Source: Camelus ferus
Taxonomy: Eukaryota
DNA: 64,000 bases
Direction of reading: 5' to 3'
Assembly: GCF_009834535.1 (NCBI RefSeq)
Contig: NC_045697.1
Location: forward strand, 40,674,001 to 40,738,000
The notes under the pieces are model-generated. The model made no database searches and was not told the DNA's origin. It saw nothing but the letters and a program-made list of their open reading frames with translations. A program made the translations under genes and the position numbers. Positions 62,531 to 64,000 of this stretch are shown here, piece after piece. Position 1 is the stretch's first letter, and each line of letters starts with the position of its first letter.

Positions 62531-64000
62531 ATGACTTTTTAAAAATAAATCCTACCTATTGTATTATTAAAAATATTCTTTATTTCATATTAATCCAATC
62601 CAAGTTAGGTCATTTTGTGTTAAGTAAGTCAAGCCCCTAGTACAATATTATATATGTCTAGGTAATCATTATGTTACATGATATATAATTGGGCAGAAGG
62701 CAGAAAGAAAAGAAAGAACTTATTAATGGGTAAAATGTTCAGTTTTTTTAAACCTAGAAATCTGTTGCACTGTTTGAAGTTCACTGCTGGGTGGCTGTCA
62801 TGACTTTCTGGAGTTAAGAGGAAACAAATTCCCCATTCAAGCACTAAAACTGGATAATTTATAGAGATTACCTTAGTGTGACAATTTCAGATTTTCACCA
62901 GCATTAGTGTTTGTTCTAAGATTACAAACAACTCAGATGGTAAACACATTTTAGGGAAATATTCTTAAATCAGAAAACCACATGTTATCAGTTGCATCTT
63001 ACTGTATAATCAATTTGAACATTTAAAAATCAGTGGGGTAACTGGCAAAATTTGAGTAAGATCCATAGATAATAGAATTATAACAACATTAATTTCCCAG
63101 TTTTAATAATGGTACTACAATTTATATATGATATTAACATTTGGAGAAATGGGTTGAAGCTTATACTTGTACTATTTTTGCCACAGTTGTGCAAATCTGA
63201 AATTATTTCAAAAGAGAAAAACTTTTGAGTGCTAGTTTCTCTATAGATAATTGGCATCTTCAGAATGAAAGTTAGATTTGCCCTTTTAAAGTCCCAAACT
63301 TGGTGGATTTGACATTGAGAAATGCACATACTGTAGGAAGGTAAAAATAAAAGGGTGATAATCTTGATCATCTTACATCTGAGCAAGAGTACAGCGTGCT
63401 GAGAGCTTCCTGCCAAGAGATCCAGCCACCTTTCTGACATGTAGAGGGCTAGGTGCCACCAACCAACCAGAGATACCCACCAAGTTCTTAATCTTTGATC
63501 TTTTTTTATAATAGCATAATTTTTATCCACAAAAAGACAAACTAAATGTGCAACTTGGAGCTATGTAGAGAACAGGAGAAGGGGAGCTTAATATCATTTC
63601 AATTTATTATTCTTAGCGTAAAAGAAAATATAAATGAACTAACTTCACTTTCCTAATAGCTGGACAGAATTAAATTTCTATGAATTTTTTTCTCCATGCT
63701 TTTTTCCTGTGTTCCTGCATGAGCTTATATCTCCCTGTATTCAGTAAATGTGAGTTAATACCTGACCCTTTATTATGCAATTAATAAAATCTCTGAGCCT
63801 TATATTAAAAACTGTAAGTAGTTATTAATTTCACAGTTGCTAATATCCAGTAAGCAAGCGCAAGTGTTATATTGAAGATAAAGTTCTAGGCAATAGATCC
63901 AGGTATGAAAGAAAACTCTGAGCTAAATTTATATAACACAAGGTAAATAACTGGCTTAAGAAAAATTCAAACAAGCAGCCACTTTACTTAAACGGTGCCA

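Noticed and set aside
63078..63530. 150-aa minus-strand ORF
   Set aside because: Partly overlaps a degenerate old L1 fragment; no domain recognised.
1..64000. CRISPR arrays, tRNA/rRNA genes, operon-like or defence systems
   Set aside because: None seen; this is intron-rich mammalian DNA, and the short repeats are TSDs, microsatellites or local duplications.

Overview
Mammalian genomic DNA holding the tandem paralogue pair HSD17B11 and HSD17B13 on the + strand. The repeat content (MIR, L2, MER5, MER20, MLT) shows a placental mammal. A camelid is my inference from the young L1 3' ends and the absence of recognisable Alu, BovB/Bov-A, PRE1 or SINEC. HSD17B11 coding exons 3-7 span 3148-25916; exons 1-2 lie upstream of the window. 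HSD17B13 is complete: 7 exons, 41820-54310, a 300-aa ORF with an intact SDR catalytic tetrad. Most of the rest is transposon-derived: a 7.2-kb full-length but frameshifted L1 antisense in HSD17B11 intron 5 (11-bp TSD), many 5'-truncated L1s with TSDs, solo LTRs and multi-level nested insertions. I found no convincing new protein-coding system. The best leads are (i) a 2.2-kb ORF1-only half-L1-like retroposon with a composite non-ORF2 tail, (ii) a 38-bp templated insertion inside it copied from 2.1 kb away, (iii) a strong cryptic exon inside the antisense L1 5'UTR, (iv) an LTR/L1 composite with STAT5-type motifs at the HSD17B13 promoter, and (v) a CpG-retaining motif cluster in HSD17B13 intron 5. 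Repeat family names come from recall of consensus sequences, not from a database search.
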